Of a DNA stretch of 63,337 bases, positions 22,869-36,910 are shown in pieces. The stretch is taken from positions 3,522,302 to 3,585,638 of the forward strand of contig BFEA01000004.1 in the NCBI GenBank assembly GCA_003427395.1, read 5' to 3'. A program made the translations under genes and the position numbers. The stretch's first letter is position 1. Each line of letters begins with the position of its first letter. This DNA comes from Chara braunii. Lineage: Eukaryota; Plantae; Charophyceae. The notes beneath the pieces were generated by a model. That model had not been told where the DNA came from. It saw only the letters and a list, made by a program, of their open reading frames with translations, and searched no databases.

Positions 22869-24332
22869 TGATAAACTCGGTCAAATGCATGTCAAACTGT
22901 TTTTCTCCCACCTTCCCTCAATTCATCTCTTAGTCTGATTTCAACCATAACAAAAAAGAAACTGGAATTTACGCAATCATTCCTTTAATTAATCTGATTA
23001 AGTTATGAAACTCGTTGCGAAGACTCCAGCTCGTCGTGAAAAAATCATAAATGAACACGTGCATATCTCTCAGACAAACTAGAGAGATGTAAGGGTAGGG
23101 GTATAGTAGGTCACACAAGCAAAAGGAGGCACACCTGACCATTCTCTGCCTTATAAACCTCGCCTAGGCTCCGGCAAAGCTCCCGCAATCGGTGGGGTAA
23201 CCTCCCACATAGGCCTTGTTGCGGTTCTACGGGTTGTAATCCTGGTTGCTGTCTTCCTCTTCAAACACAAACTAGACTTAGATTAAGAAAAAGCGAATGA
23301 AAGATATTTAGTCACTCAGATACAAGAAGGGTGCGTCAAGACTGACGTGAGAGGGTCTCGATACCTTGACGCATTTGAGGGTCCCGCAATGATGGTGAAT
23401 AACGCAGTAAGAATGGTCAAACCACAGCCAAACGTCGAGTGATGGCACTTTGAAGGACCTCCAAGTTGCAATGATAATTTTTTTTCGCAGCCTTACCACT
23501 CCCCCAAGCTATGACGTTGCTACCTCTGATTGAACGGCCGCTATACAGCATAGAAAGCCTACGTTTGAATAGAGTCAACCCATGTGTTGAATTCGAGTAT
23601 GGGTCATAACAATCCAACATAGTAATGAAAAGTAGTAGCCGCACCATAGAAAGACATAGTAGCGATGCAGCAGGAATGTTCAGTAAAGGACAACGTCGTG
23701 CACAACGATACTCAGCGTGTACAATGTGGTACAACAACAACACAACAAAAGTTCAGCAAGCGTATTGTAATTGCCTATCAATCGTGCATAACGACGTAGT
23801 GCACAAATTAGCCTGGTGCAACAATAATGACGACCTCGCTACTGAACTTCACTTCTTCTGTAGCAGTGTCGATCTCAGTCAGCACCACCTATCCTGCACA
23901 GGCCGTGAGCTGGAGTACACTAACTACGTCTTCGAAGCAACGACTCTAGCAAAGAAAGCCAATTTGTGACCCCTCCGAAGTAAAACAGCAGCGTGGGAAA
24001 CAAATGGCCACGAACGACAGTACGGCCGGCGGCGCCAACCAAAATGCATGCAAACGTCCGACCATACAATTTTTTCCTTTAGGACCAGGTATATGTCCTC
24101 ACTCGTTACCTGCGAACGACCCCCTCTTACGACAAATGTCGCTCACCACGTTTGCACAATCCACGCCTTGGAATCCTGAGGTCACAACGCTCCCCGGACA
24201 ACATCGTGCACAAAGGAACCGTCGGCCATTGGTAGGATTCTTGTTTGCAAAATGACAATAAATGTCAACAAGTCGAATGTTTCCCCAAAAGTAGGGACGC
24301 ACCGACACTAGCAATGAACAGTCGAAGCTGCA

Positions 24333-24551
24333 AGGAGGAGGAGGACGACACGTATGGAAGAGGAGGAGGAGAACGGAGAGGAGGAGGAGGAGGAGGAGGA
24401 GGAGGAGGAATAGGAGGAGGACAAATGAGAAGAGGAGAAGGAGGGGGAGGATGAAGGAGAAGAGGCGGAGGAGGAGGAGGAGGAGGACGAAGGTCAATCA
24501 ATCACTCACTCAATCAATCAATCATTCAATCAATGAATCAATCATTCATTC

Positions 24552-24585
<34 letters not shown>

Positions 24586-24939
24586 GTGAGGTTCGGTGTT
24601 TCTTTTTCTTTTTTTTTTTCTTTTTTTTAAGTTTTTAATTGAAAAAAGTGGGCGTGAGAGGTGGAAGGGGGGATAGGGGCGAAGGCGAGGATGACGACTT
24701 CCATGCTTGCCATTAGGGAGAAGGATCGGTGGGATGGGGGGGCCGGAGAGAAGAGGAAGGTGTTAAATGCGGAGGAGGGGGAGGGGAGAAACGCGGAGGG
24801 GATAGGGTGGACGAGAGTGCATGGGTAGGAGAGCAGAGAGAGGGTAAGAGAGATAGACCGAGGGAGGATAATGGTTTTGGGTGGAGAGAGAGAGAGACGG
24901 AGTACGGGGAGGGGGGGAAACACAGGGTGGATGATAGTG

Positions 24940-25008
<69 letters not shown>

Positions 25009-25230
25009 CTTAGGGAGGGTTGGGACTCTCTAGGGATAGTCCCCCAACCCCGATCCTCCTCGATACATACCCAACTACCCCTTCTCACTCTCTCTCTCTT
25101 TCTTTCTCTCCCTCTCCTTTGTTTTTTCCTTTTTTAAATCAATCAATCAATCAGGCAATCAGGCAATCAACCTTAATCAGTCAATGAATCATTCAATGAT
25201 TGACTGATTGAGACCGATTGACTGATTGAA
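24333..25230. repeat. Microsatellite/low-complexity cluster: (GGA)n, (CAAT)n, (GA)n
   Basis: Directly visible in the sequence. Confidence 0.9.
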
Positions 25231-25236
25231 GAGAAG

Positions 25237-25719
25237 AGGTTAACAAAGCCCTAAATTTTCAGGATTTTTTCAGGGTCATTATAACAAACGTCCCATACCT
25301 TTTACGCCAGATTTGTCACCAGTCCATAGAGTGGACACCAAATAAACCAACAACAAAAAAAAAATTAAAAAAGTTTGATCAAAGGGGCCTTAAACCTTAA
25401 GGCAGAAGTGTGTTTGCATGCAGAATTCACTCTTTTCAGTTTTGAGGATTTTCAGGATTTTTCAGGGCTGGCCAAAACATTGAACTCCAAGACCTTAACC
25501 AAAAATAAAACAGGGCAAAAAAAAAAAAAAAAAAAAAATTATCTCCAATGCACTTTTCAGGGTTGGGGGTGTTACCTTGGGGCTGAATAGTGGGGGTCCC
25601 TGTTAACCTTCGGTGGAGAAGAGGTTAACAGAGAAAAACTAAAAAAAATGATCTCCAATGCACTTTTCAGGGTTGGGGGTATTACCTTGGGGCTGAATAG
25701 TGGGGGTCCCTGTTAACCT
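25237..25719. mobile_element. Tandem pair of small TIR elements (25237-25609 and 25622-25719) with TIR AGGTTAACA/TGTTAACCT
   Basis: Four TIR copies. The ~70-bp right end is duplicated (25541-25610 and 25651-25720). Confidence 0.6.
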
Positions 25720-25725
25720 TTCGTG

Positions 25726-25756
<31 letters not shown>

Positions 25757-25813
25757 CTGAATGGTCGATCAAGTGAATCAATCGATCAGTCACTCAAACA
25801 TTGAATCACTGAG

Positions 25814-25847
<34 letters not shown>

Positions 25848-25982
25848 TATTAAGGTTGATGATTGTTTGATTGTTTGACCGATTGATCGATTGATTATTT
25901 GATTGGGTTAAGAGAGAGAGTCGAGTAGGGTCGGGACTCTCTACTGATACTCCACCAACCTAGACCCTTCCCAACAAGTCCC

Positions 25983-26030
<48 letters not shown>

Positions 26031-26474
26031 GTTGTCTCCTCCCTGTCTTTTTTTTTTTTTTTTTTCCAATCAATCAATCAAGGTCGATGCTTGATTGATG
26101 GATTCATATACAACCAGACTTGTCTTCTTCCTTACTCAGCATGCATGAAAATAAATGGCAATCACACCGGCGTCAGACGCATACACAAAACTCAGAGATA
26201 TTGAGGCCAAGAACGCAGTTCAGATTCAAATTTGCTTCGAATGGCTATTGTGTTTGTGCGCCCTCACAACACCCTTGCGACACTATGTCCTCAACAATTG
26301 TTCAGGGCTTCATGCCAGGCTGGACTGAGAGGAAAACAACAACAAACCCCGGAAGGCTGTTTAGGGACATTTTTTGCCATACTGCCCTCATAAATATTTT
26401 TTTTTTAGTGGTTTTCAGGTTTTTTTACTTTATGGAGTCTACCAAAGATGCCGAAAAAGAAAAAAAAAAAAACC

Positions 26475-27614
26475 CTTGTACGAGACCCCTAGCGTACGAG
26501 TACGGATTCGTACTCATGTACTCGTACCGGGGCCGTACAAGTCGCAACACAGCTTATCGATTGGTCTTAAATAGGTACGTAGAGTTATGCAAGCATCAAT
26601 ATATATTGAAAGGTATAAAAAAATATATATATATTTTTTTCAAATATATAATAGTTTTTTTTAGCGCATGATTTTATTATTTGAATCAGGAGGGGCAAGA
26701 AAAGGAGCATCCTTTTATGTTATTACATTCACATGATCTTATATGTTAAATTTATAATTTTTCTTTATAAGACTAAAAGTCTTGTCTTTTATTTCAACAT
26801 GTTGGGTTGATCGTTCGTTATTTTTGCACTTGCTTTTGACCACTTATAAAAACATAATAGCATAAGAGATTAATGAAAAAATAAAAAAAATTACGACTTG
26901 TGAGTGTATGGAGTCATTCAATGATTAAATACAGTATAATCATTATGAAAAAGTAGACAAGAAAGACATGACTAGTCAAAATTTTATAGAAATTCGACCT
27001 TATGTCTCATAGATTTCGCAATTATGACATTTTTACAAAAAAACAGGTACAAACCTCATGACTATTCAACAAATTGTTTGATGCATTATACTTATATTTT
27101 TTATAAAATGTTTGTATATATGTATTTTACAAAATAAAAATGTAAATAGACAAAATTACAATAAAACCAAATATTTATTTGTATATATACATATATATAT
27201 TATTAATCTGTAATCTTTGTTTATCCCCTTTTGTGACTCTTTGAGAGTTTTCGGCTTATATTATAAGGTCAAAATTGAGAGTGCGTTCTCATGACCAAGA
27301 AACCACATTATTTAAAAAAATGCATTTGATATTTTTTAATGTTTGTTAATACTAAAATGATAAAAAAAGTATTTGCATAATCTTTGTTCTAATATGACTT
27401 GCAAAAATTAAGAAAATGACCCTACAAAAATATGGAGTTATTTACTTATACAACATGATCAATTTTACAATATTTTTTGTTGGAAAAAACATTACGCCGA
27501 ATATATACAACATATTGTTGACAAAAATACTATGCCAAATAACTAACATATAGACATACATACGACACAACTCCCACAATTATTTAAAAATATTATAATA
27601 GAGTCTCGTACAAG
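26475..27614. mobile_element. AT-rich putative non-autonomous DNA transposon
   Basis: 12-bp inverted repeat CTTGTACGAGAC/GTCTCGTACAAG with cgtac subterminal motifs. No TSD seen. Confidence 0.35.
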
Positions 27615-27698
27615 TTCTTGTAAGTAGGGTAATAATTGTGATATCTATAAGAATGATAAAGATAACTCAAATTTAACCATAATATGGTAAAAAACCGT

Positions 27699-28200
27699 TG
27701 TGGATCGCATTGGCCCCCGCCTTTCCTCGCGAAGAGGTGGGAGCCCTCCCGGCCATGTCACGCAAGAGTTTAAACAAAACATAACTTAAGAGACAACTTG
27801 GGAACGGCGATATAATTAATCCCGCGGACCACCGAGACGGTTGCGGTCACATCGTCCCTTCGTCGCTCTAGCCGGGTGCGGCAGCTGTACATCCCGCGGT
27901 CCCGTACGACAGGACAGGTTCCCACGGGGCATAAGCTTGCATCCCTAAGGGGCTGTCACCACCCTTAAGGGCGTATCCCTACCGAGCTACTGACCTACGT
28001 GTGAAAACTTTTACATGCAGTTGCAGAGGTGGGCTAGTCGAGGGCGTTTGCTCGCTCGCTGTAGTATAGGTACACGCGATTAAAACGCCTATTGAACTCA
28101 GACGTCATCTGCTACTTAGGGCGCTGATCTCCTAAATACGAAGCGTACGCTGGTCGACTAGGACGGTTTCAAACAAGTGTGAACCCCCCAATATCCTAGT
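27699..28200 (-). repeat. LTR-end (U5-like) fragment of a related retroelement family
   Basis: Starts with TG and shares ccctcccggcca, gggctgtcaccaccctt, ccgagctac, gtgaaa, agaggtg, cgagggcgttt, cgctgtag and gtcgactagga with 403-795 and 18755-19130. No adjacent PBS. Confidence 0.65.
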
Positions 28201-29833
28201 CTCTTTGGTCACAAGTTAAAAAAAAAGACATAACACCCACACATAGTTACATAAAAAAATAATCAACTGTAGTCGACATAAACATATATTTAATATGAAA
28301 TGATAACCGGACGAATCCAAATCATCATTAGATACATCCAATAACACAATATGAAAATAAAATTCGACCACCCCGGGTCGAATTCCACAAAAATCATACA
28401 GCCGTCAACGAGAAGTTGGCTTTCAACAATAACCTCAATGCAGCCGACAAGATAGTCGGTCTGTCTTAGTTTTGACTTATTGAGATGCGCTGCCAAAGTT
28501 ATTCATTCCATCCTACCGCTGACCTAAGATTGAACACGCACACACTTGTCTCCACACGTTTCTCAAGTTCTTGGATGACAGGTTGTTTTGCGGATGATTC
28601 TTGATTAGAGGCATTGCTTGAGGTGTTGCATGCCTCTCCCTCTACGAAGTGGTCTGGGTACTCCTTCTCCTCGCCCGAGCACAAGGCTCGGATCTCAAAA
28701 GTCGGGCCATCTCCACTGAATCGACAAAGTACCCCCCCCGTAAAACGGTTCAATCTGGGTCGATAACAGGGTCGGTTCCTAAAGCAACGAACCCTCGCCC
28801 CAAATGTTTCCTGAAGAAAGAGAATGTGTTCACCACAAATAGATTTATAGTTGTCCCCTTCGTCTTTTGCTCAAGGTAACTGAAACGAAAATAGTTAGAA
28901 AAGATAAAAGTCATTCAGGAAAGAAATGACCAATATTTGGGAAAAGACTACGTTCGTTTGACCTTATCTGCTTTATTTGATTCGCATTCGTTTTACGGTG
29001 CACACAAAATTGACATTTTTCAAAACAACCAACCCTTCCTGGCATGCAGGCAGGTGAGAAGTCAAAAGAAGACACTCATTTTCCATTTTCTCAAATAGGC
29101 ATAATCAATCTTCTCTGCAAGCATCCTTCTACATACTTGCACAACACGCAGGGACAACAAGTTCAAGAGAAACCAGTGCAATCCCATGCTCAAGTCAGAC
29201 GTTTTCATTCGCATACACGATACGCACGACTTTCCTCTACCTTTTCAACGAACATTCATGAAAACAGGGTCAAGCAAAGTGTGGGTTCACACAGGTGTGA
29301 AGGGAAATTTGAGTCAATCAACTGACTGACCTTGAGTGAAGTGGTGCCGAACGCACCCTGACTCACTCAAGAAAGCCAAAAAAGAATATACTTGTCGCCA
29401 AATAAAACTTGAAATGTAGTCCCAAGGCAAGTCTCAAGTAAACTGCTTGTCCCAATTTGTTCCCGACTCGCAAGTCCCACACGCGGTAGTCCCAGATTCG
29501 ATAGCGGCAAGTTGCATGAGTCCCAAAAAAAATGTTGTTTCCAAGACAGCCCTAACTGGCACCACGTCTGTCCCAACCGGTCCCCAAGTGGTCCCTGATG
29601 GTCCTACGCCACCAACATTCGCTCCTCACGCAGATTTCATAGTGCGTCATGCGCCAACTGCCACCACGTCACGTTGCTGCCGCCTCACACGCCAACTTTG
29701 GTAGCACAATCTCATCAAACAAAACAGACGGCGCACCGTAAGAAGAAAAAAAAAACAAACTCTGCCGCTATCGTGCCGCAAATCCCTATTGTCGTGTCAC
29801 TAGTCCAACAACATTTCAACACAAAAAAAACAA

Positions 29834-30125
29834 GTGTTGCCGGGCCACCAATCCGACAACACTTCCTCGCCAAAAGAAAATTAAGTGTCGCCGCGCCGCA
29901 AATCCGACAACACTTTCCCCACAAAAAAAAAATTCAAGTGTCGCCGCGCTGCAAATCCGGCAGCACTTTCTCGCCAAAAGAAAATCATGTGCCGCCGCGT
30001 CGCAAATGCGGTAGCACCTCCCTGCCAAAAGAAAATCAAGTGTCGCCGCGCCGCAAATCTGGCAGCATTTCCCCGCCAAAAGAAAAATCATGTGCCGCCG
30101 CGCCGCAAATCCGGCAGCATCTCCC
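29834..30125. repeat. About 6 copies of a 50-53-bp tandem repeat
   Basis: Unit gtgtcgccgcgccgcaaatccggcagcac...ccaaaagaaaatca at about 29834, 29885, 29938, 29989, 30040 and 30091. Confidence 0.85.
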
Positions 30126-31910
30126 CAGCTCGTAAGAAAAATGGTCGCCAACAACGTCGCACCGTTTGTGCAACACCTCCCCAGTATTGCCGTTATGGCC
30201 GCCGATGACGTCGTGCCACAGCACCTTCCCAGCGCCGCAGCGTCGTCGTCGCCCCCTGTCGCATCTCACGGCCGCTCCTCGCTGCGCTGCCGCAAATCCC
30301 CCTAGACTAGCCAGCCATTTGATGAAGCAGAATGCTCCAGGCAGGCTATGACTATCTCCTCCTCCTCCCCACACTCCACTACCGTCCTCCAGCTCCGTCT
30401 GCAGCACTCCTGCCTCCTAACCAGTACTCCAGCAATGAGGCAAGTGTGTTGGTGCACGCTGGCTGCTGGAGGCAATTGTGAGGCATCTGGAGGACCGCCA
30501 CCTCTTTTGTAGTGGCCGAGGAGGGCAGCAGCGGCCTCAGCTGCCCCCAGGCAAAATTTGTCACTTGACTGGGGCGCTTGATCTCGACACGATCAAGGGT
30601 CTGAGGTCGTCGCACCTCAGCCACACACTTAGGGAGGCCGTTATACTCAACTGCCCCCCTCTTTTCCCCTACTTTTCCTTGTACTCAGCCTCACGCTGAG
30701 CACAGGTGCACTGGAAAAATGACAATTTCCAGCTAAGTTCCCTCCACCACCTCTTTAACTCCCCAGCCTCTGGCCTGAGTCACATTCAGGCCAGTTTGAC
30801 CTGCATCTGACCATAGTCGCGACCACATTCATTGCCGTGGCCTTTTTCTTTTTCCCTTCCTCTTCTTCTGTTGCCCTCCCCTGAAAACGGGGAGGACAGT
30901 TGTCAGGTTGGGAGAGGTAGGTCCTCCCTCTCCCAACTCTCACGTCCTTTCTTGCTCTCTCCAACGTCCCCAGCTTCTTCTTCCTTTCCCACGCACACGT
31001 CGTGAGCCGCGAGATCCAGGCCACGAATATTCGTGGCTCTTCTAAGTGGGAGGCTGGGTTTGCTCCCACACAGCCTGAAAAGGCTGTTCTTTTCCAACCA
31101 CGTGTTTTTTTTTTTTTACAGTTTTGGGTTTTATCTCGTTTTCTCCTTCCCCGTTTCTCCCCTGCTAGATGTGCTCCAACAATCGCGAACGGGAAGGAAG
31201 AAACAAAAGGAACCTCTAAAAAAAGAAAAAAAAAGAAAAAAGAAAAAAACCTACCTATATAAACGCCCTAAAAACGGGCGCCTGCTTCTACTGCGCAGGG
31301 GGACTAAGATCCCCGTTTTCTTCTAACTGCGCCACCTGGCGCACCGTTTTAGTTAGGTTTTTTTTTTTTTTTTTTTTTCCACAGAAATGTCGTTGGCATA
31401 AGCCAACGGCCACTGCAGCCTGCGCCAGCCTTGCTGGCATTCCCCCCTTCTTCTCCTGCCAATGTACAGACCCGAATTCGATTCCTTAAGGAATCGAAAT
31501 TTCTTTTTGGCAATTTCTTGATTTATGGGTGTCATCCATGCGCATGGGCCATGCTGATCTGCGCGGCTGATCTCAGCCGCGCGATCTTCACGATCGATGG
31601 TCGGAATCGACCACGCCGGTAGCAAGTAGAGTGGACAACTCCAAAACGAGCTATGCCCAACAGGGCGCGGCGTTTCGGATTCGATCCCGGTGTCTCACGG
31701 GTAGTAGTCTGGTGTTGTAACCTACTGGGCTAGCTCCTATCACAATAGTAATAGGAGTAGCTCTTCTATATGAAGAGCACCCTCCCCCTCCCCCACCCTC
31801 ACACACACAAAATCGGGTGTGTGTTGGTGCGTATGTGTATTTGTGTGTGTGAGGGGGGGGGGAGGGGGAGGGCGCTCCCCCACAACCAATCGACCAACCA
31901 ACCAACCAAC

Positions 31911-31965
<55 letters not shown>

Positions 31966-32288
31966 CAATCAATCAATCGACCAGTCAATCAAATAATCAA
32001 TTAGTCATTAAAAAAATAATTAGAAGGAAAAAAATTGCATGTGTTGTGTGTGTGTGTGTGCATGGGGGGGAACGACCCCCCGGAAATAAACTAACCAACT
32101 AATCAACCAATCAATCAATCAATTAATCATCAATCAATCATTAAAAAATAAATCAAAAGAAAAAAAATTGCGCTTTCACGCGTGGTGTGTTTGTGTATGT
32201 GTGTGTGCGTGTGTGTGTGTTTATGTGTATAAGTATGTGTGTCAATCAATCATCTAAAAAATCAAATTCTTAAATATATATATATATA

Positions 32289-33048
32289 CAAAGTTGCCAG
32301 GCCGAACGTACGGAGACCCCTAAACTGACCCCCGAACGTTCGGGCGTTCGGGTCCCCGTACGCGGCCCGAACTCGAAGGGGTTCGGACCCCGCAAAAAAT
32401 TAGTTTGGTACCTAAACATTATTATTTTTTCCTGATTGTATTTTTGTAAGCTCTCTGTTATGTAAGCTATCTGTCTCTCAATTTTGAAGTCATTCTGTGG
32501 AGCCAAACAATAATGAAAAATCGACAAAGATGGTGGTGTCAAAACTTGCTTTCCCACTTTCTAATTTGTTTTTCTTCTCTTTCACTTTTTGTTTTCCCTT
32601 TATTTCGGGGCCTGAAAAAAAAAATTATTTTTTCAAACTTTATTTGTAGGTTCTCTATTATGTAAGATACATACGTATAAAATTCATGGCATTTGACAAA
32701 GCCAAAAAAAAAATGAAAAATCGCAAAAGATGGCGGTGTCAAAAACTTGCTCACCACGCGATAATTTCATTCTCGTTTTATTTTTTCTTATTTTCATTAA
32801 TATTATTTATTTTTCGTATTTGATTTTTATTTCAAATTTGGTGTGTAATTTGGATGTACTGTTGAGGCAAATATTGTTTAGTTTATTCTTCTGCATGACA
32901 TAGTTTTTTTTCATAATTTTTGGAAACGCTTTTTTTTTTTTTTTTGGTTCCGCGTTCGGTCGAACGTCCGAACGCGTCGAGAGGGGGTCCCAAACGTTCG
33001 GGCGTTCGAGTTCGGGTGTTCGGCCCGTCCCAAACGTCGGCAACCCTG
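32289..33048. mobile_element. 760-bp hAT-like MITE inserted in (TA)n
   Basis: TIR CAAAGTTGCC...GGCAACCCTG, ccgaac/gttcgg subterminal repeats at both ends, and TATATATA on both flanks. Confidence 0.75.
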
Positions 33049-36000
33049 TATATATATATATGTATATAAAATGAAACATGACATTCTGTGATTGATTGAT
33101 TAGTTGATTGATTGATTGATTTATTGTTGATTTATTGGTTGATTGATTAGTTGATTGATAAAATTGATTGATTGGTTGATTGATTGGTTGATTGATTAAA
33201 TGATTGATCAATCAATCAATCAATCAATTAATCAATTGATCAATCAATCAATCAATCAACTAATCAATAAAGAATATGGGTGGGGGTTGCAAAATTTTCA
33301 CCCCCCTCTCTTGTACGATTTTTTTTAGTTTTTTTTTTTCTGTAGAATACTATTAAATTTTAGAGGTAGGTGCGTCAGATCGTGATTTATCTATAAAAAA
33401 AATAAAAAAATTAGGGCTCGATATGGGATTTGACGACCCTGAGCCATTAGTCGGGCGAGATTTGAACCCCGGATCAAACTCCCAAACAACCGAAATGTTC
33501 GGGAGGGTGTCTGACCTATTTTGGCGGATAACACTAGTTCAACCAATGATGAATTAAAGTGTAGTACTCCTCAGAAGCCACAATATCATCGACAATGTTT
33601 GTCATGACTTTCAATAAACATGCATACTGTTTAAAAATTACTATTGCAAACCATATGAAAAATAATGATATCATCATGTAGTTGGAAGTGGTTGTGGTAA
33701 CTTTTAACCGACCTATGATAAAGGTAAAAATTCTTGTGATGATTCAAACTACCATTTTGTTAAAACTGACTTTTGTTTTTTAAAACGTTTAATGAATTTG
33801 TTTGTGGCTAAAAAAAAAAGAATTTTTGTTGTGATTTTCATAATTTTTTTGTTATAGGAGGGTGGTATCTACCAAAGACATTACCCTCCCAAAACATAAA
33901 TAAAGTTCATAATAAAAATTATTTATTTTCAACTGCAAACAATCTAAGACGTGTTAAACGAAATGAAAAAAAAAAAAAAAAAAATTTAACGAAATGACAA
34001 TTACTAATAAAAGGCATAGCTAGGCAGAAAATTGTTTTTATAAATTGAGATGATCGTGATAAGAATTGAAGGTTATTGATAATCATAGCGGTTAAACTCA
34101 CAATTTTTTTTCCTTTGTTCTCGAACGAGTGAAGACTCACATTATGATGTAAATGTCATGCCTTTGCATGTAAATTATATGTAAGTTAAAGTAACCTAGG
34201 CAAATTATATTCATAACATTTAACTAATAGTCAATATCATATCTGACATTTAAATACTTAAAGTAAAAACCCTTGTAAAAGTTTTTGCTCCAACGTTATG
34301 TGTGAGAGTGAGTCATTGCATTGCAACCATGCAAGGTAGGGTAAACATCCAAACCAGTATAGTTCCGCTTTCAAGCATCGTGCCTCACAGTAAATAAGGT
34401 ACGAAAGCCCCGAGATGAAACTGATATTACCTTAGTAACTACCGTTTTTCGCCAAACACAACGTACCATGATAGAGGATGAGGCAGGGTATGGTTGGATG
34501 ATGAAGGCCGTGCCTTGCTTTGCGGAGAACCGTTTCAACATTTTGCTCACACATGTGGCCTTCCATCGGGCCAGTGAGCTCTCTACAAGTCTGTGGTCCA
34601 AACTTGTGCCGTGTGCTCTTGCTTGTCTCGGCCTACAACGAGTTGTGGGACGCCAGTGGGTCTGAGACCATGCAGCCTGTGACAGGTGGGGAGCAACGGA
34701 ATGAGGCCCGACTTTCATCTAATCCCTGTTGGGTGGAACGAGGCCCTAGGTAGGAGCGCAAGGGAAGGGTGCCTTTTCTTGAGAGGGCAGTGTGGCAGTC
34801 CACAAAAGACAGGGGGAACAGAACCCAGGGCATGACTCTCAGTTTTTGGTCCACGCCCAAAACAGGACCTTCGTGGGATCTGAACTGTACTCTCGGGGAG
34901 GTTTGCTCAGCTCCAGTTCTGTTCAATGTCTCGCTGTTGGACAGGTGTGGAAGCGTTTTGTCTTACCGAGCGAGTGAATCTCGTTCGGCTTGGATCTCGA
35001 ACTACGGTCTATTTCTTTGGAGTGTGGACGCTGCTCTACTCCGCCTGTCCCTCCTCGACTCGATCGCCTTCTCTCCTCTTCCCCATAGTGTCGGCCACCT
35101 CCCCACTCCCCATTGTCGGTCTTCACCTCTCCACTCTCTCGGCTTTCCTCCGTCTATCACCAGTTGCCGGTCTTGCACTTTCCGCCCTTCGCTCAGGTAC
35201 TGCGGGTATGTTGGGTGTCCATGGTACCGCGGTCTGGCCGTTATCGCTGGCTTACCTTGGTGCATCCCGTCCCGCCTGCTACCTTAGGCCTGCGTCCTGG
35301 CTCGAGTGTCGAGTGCGGTTTCCACCAGACCGCCCTTCACCGAACCTCGCGCCGTTCCTTTTCTACTCTGGTATCGAACCCACCCACCCCTCTGATTGAC
35401 GTCGGGCCGTTCTTTTCCCCCTCTCTTGCGCCAAGCCTTTTGATTGATGTCCTGTGCGCGGGTAATCTGTCATCAATTGTGGGCCGAGGGTGGCACTTGC
35501 GAGGATTTCGCAGCGATTGACTTTTCCTCTCGTCCGTCTCCGTCCTCCTTCTGCGAGGCGATGCCCAGGCTGGCTATGAGAGGGAGATGTGAGTGGGAGC
35601 AGCAGGTTGCAAAATAGCAGTTCTCTGATCTGCACATCGACGGTACAGGGAGGCAGAAAATTTCTCCTCCGTGTCCACACCCGCCTTTTTCCACCCTTTC
35701 TCCGAACGTGTTCCCGCCGCGCCTGTGCCGCGGTTCATGACGGTCTATGATCGACCTACAGTTGGAAAGCCGTAATTTGCAGAGAGAAGCGGGTTTGGCG
35801 CGCGATTCAAGCATCGGAGCAGGGGGGGGAAAGGGGAAGGAGGAGGAGGAGGAGGAGGAGGACGACGACGACGACGAGGAGGAGGAGGAGGAGGAGGAGG
35901 AGGAAGAAGAAGAAGAAGAAGAAGAAGAAGAAGAAGAAGAAGAAGAAGAGACCGAGAAGCAGCAGGAGGCACGACGAGCAGCCAGGGGTGATCTGTCTGT

Positions 36001-36262
36001 ATCTCCCGCACCTGGGCGCCGACTCTCAATGTGCTGTGAATTTCGGATGAGCGCTAAACCGCCAGGGGAGTGAAGGTGCGCGCGCAGAATTTTGGACCGG
36101 GGGGAGGGCGGGGAAGAAGGAGACGGTTGTTGGTTGAGACGAGGGGATAGACCGAGTGGGTAACTCAGAATGGACTAATGATGTAATTGAAGGATCCAAT
36201 GACTCGATGAGGAAGGAGGAGCGTTGTGGTGAAGAGGAGAGGACAGGTTGGCTCTTCACTGC

Positions 36263-36303
36263 NNNNNNNNNNNNNNNNNNNNNNNNNNNNNNNNNNNNNN
36301 NNN
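36263..36303. other. Assembly gap
   Basis: Run of N. Confidence 1.
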
Positions 36304-36843
36304 CCGAGGATTTCAACAAGGGAAGAGGAAGAGAGAGTGGGCGAGGGATAGAAAAGGGAGTGAGGCTTCCAGGAACTTTCTCGGAGGGGATCACCACTGG
36401 CCGTGAGCCAAGCTCGGGTCCTGGAATAACGCGCGGGGACCAAATTGGGAGTCGTGGACAGAAAAGAGAGCGCAGCGCCTTCTGAAAACACGAGACTTCT
36501 TTCTCACTTGCTGCAAATGGTGAGTCATATCTGCATTAGCAAAAATGAGGGTGTATGGAGTGCCGTGCCGTGGCAACTCTTCTCTTTCCATTGTCTATCC
36601 TGGCGCTTCGGTCACTACCTTCTCCAGCTGCTCATCTACACCACCACCTCCTCCTCTTCGTCCTCCTCCAACGTCACCTCATCACCTTCCACGTCTGCGG
36701 CGTCCACGTGGCATCACCTCGGCTCTACGCGCACCCTGTTCACCACGTGCCCTACTTCCGCCTAATAATCACGAATCCCACCTGTTTGTTGTCGCCCATG
36801 CCTATTGTGTTTTCGCTCCTGTTCGTGCGTCGATGTATAGCCG

Positions 36844-36910
<67 letters not shown>

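Larger units (their letters stand above)
403..24332 (-). mobile_element. Decayed Ty3/Gypsy LTR retrotransposon (Athila/Tat-like lineage by PBS), apparently gag-only
   Basis: Two collinear ~5-kb direct repeats that both start TGTCGAGCGCAT on the + strand (403, 18755). A tRNA-Asp PBS lies 2 nt from the right repeat, and a minus-strand gag remnant lies between them. The outer right end is lost in a (GGA)n tract, so no TSD could be checked. Confidence 0.7.
18755..24332 (-). repeat. 5' LTR, with insertions at about 20022-20946 and 21216-21500
   Basis: Collinear with 403-5115 and adjacent to the PBS. Confidence 0.75.

Noticed and set aside
24099-25137. Pro/Gly/Glu-Arg-rich ORFs
   Set aside because: Translations of microsatellites.
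27699-28200. IscB/omega-RNA or HDV-like ribozyme call
   Set aside because: Only a loose motif resemblance. There is no PLMP/RuvC/HNH ORF, the HDV P1 pairing cannot form, and the position is explained as an LTR end.
33445-33540. tRNA or SINE head on the minus strand
   Set aside because: A B-box-like GGTTCAAATC is present, but there is no credible A box or cloverleaf.
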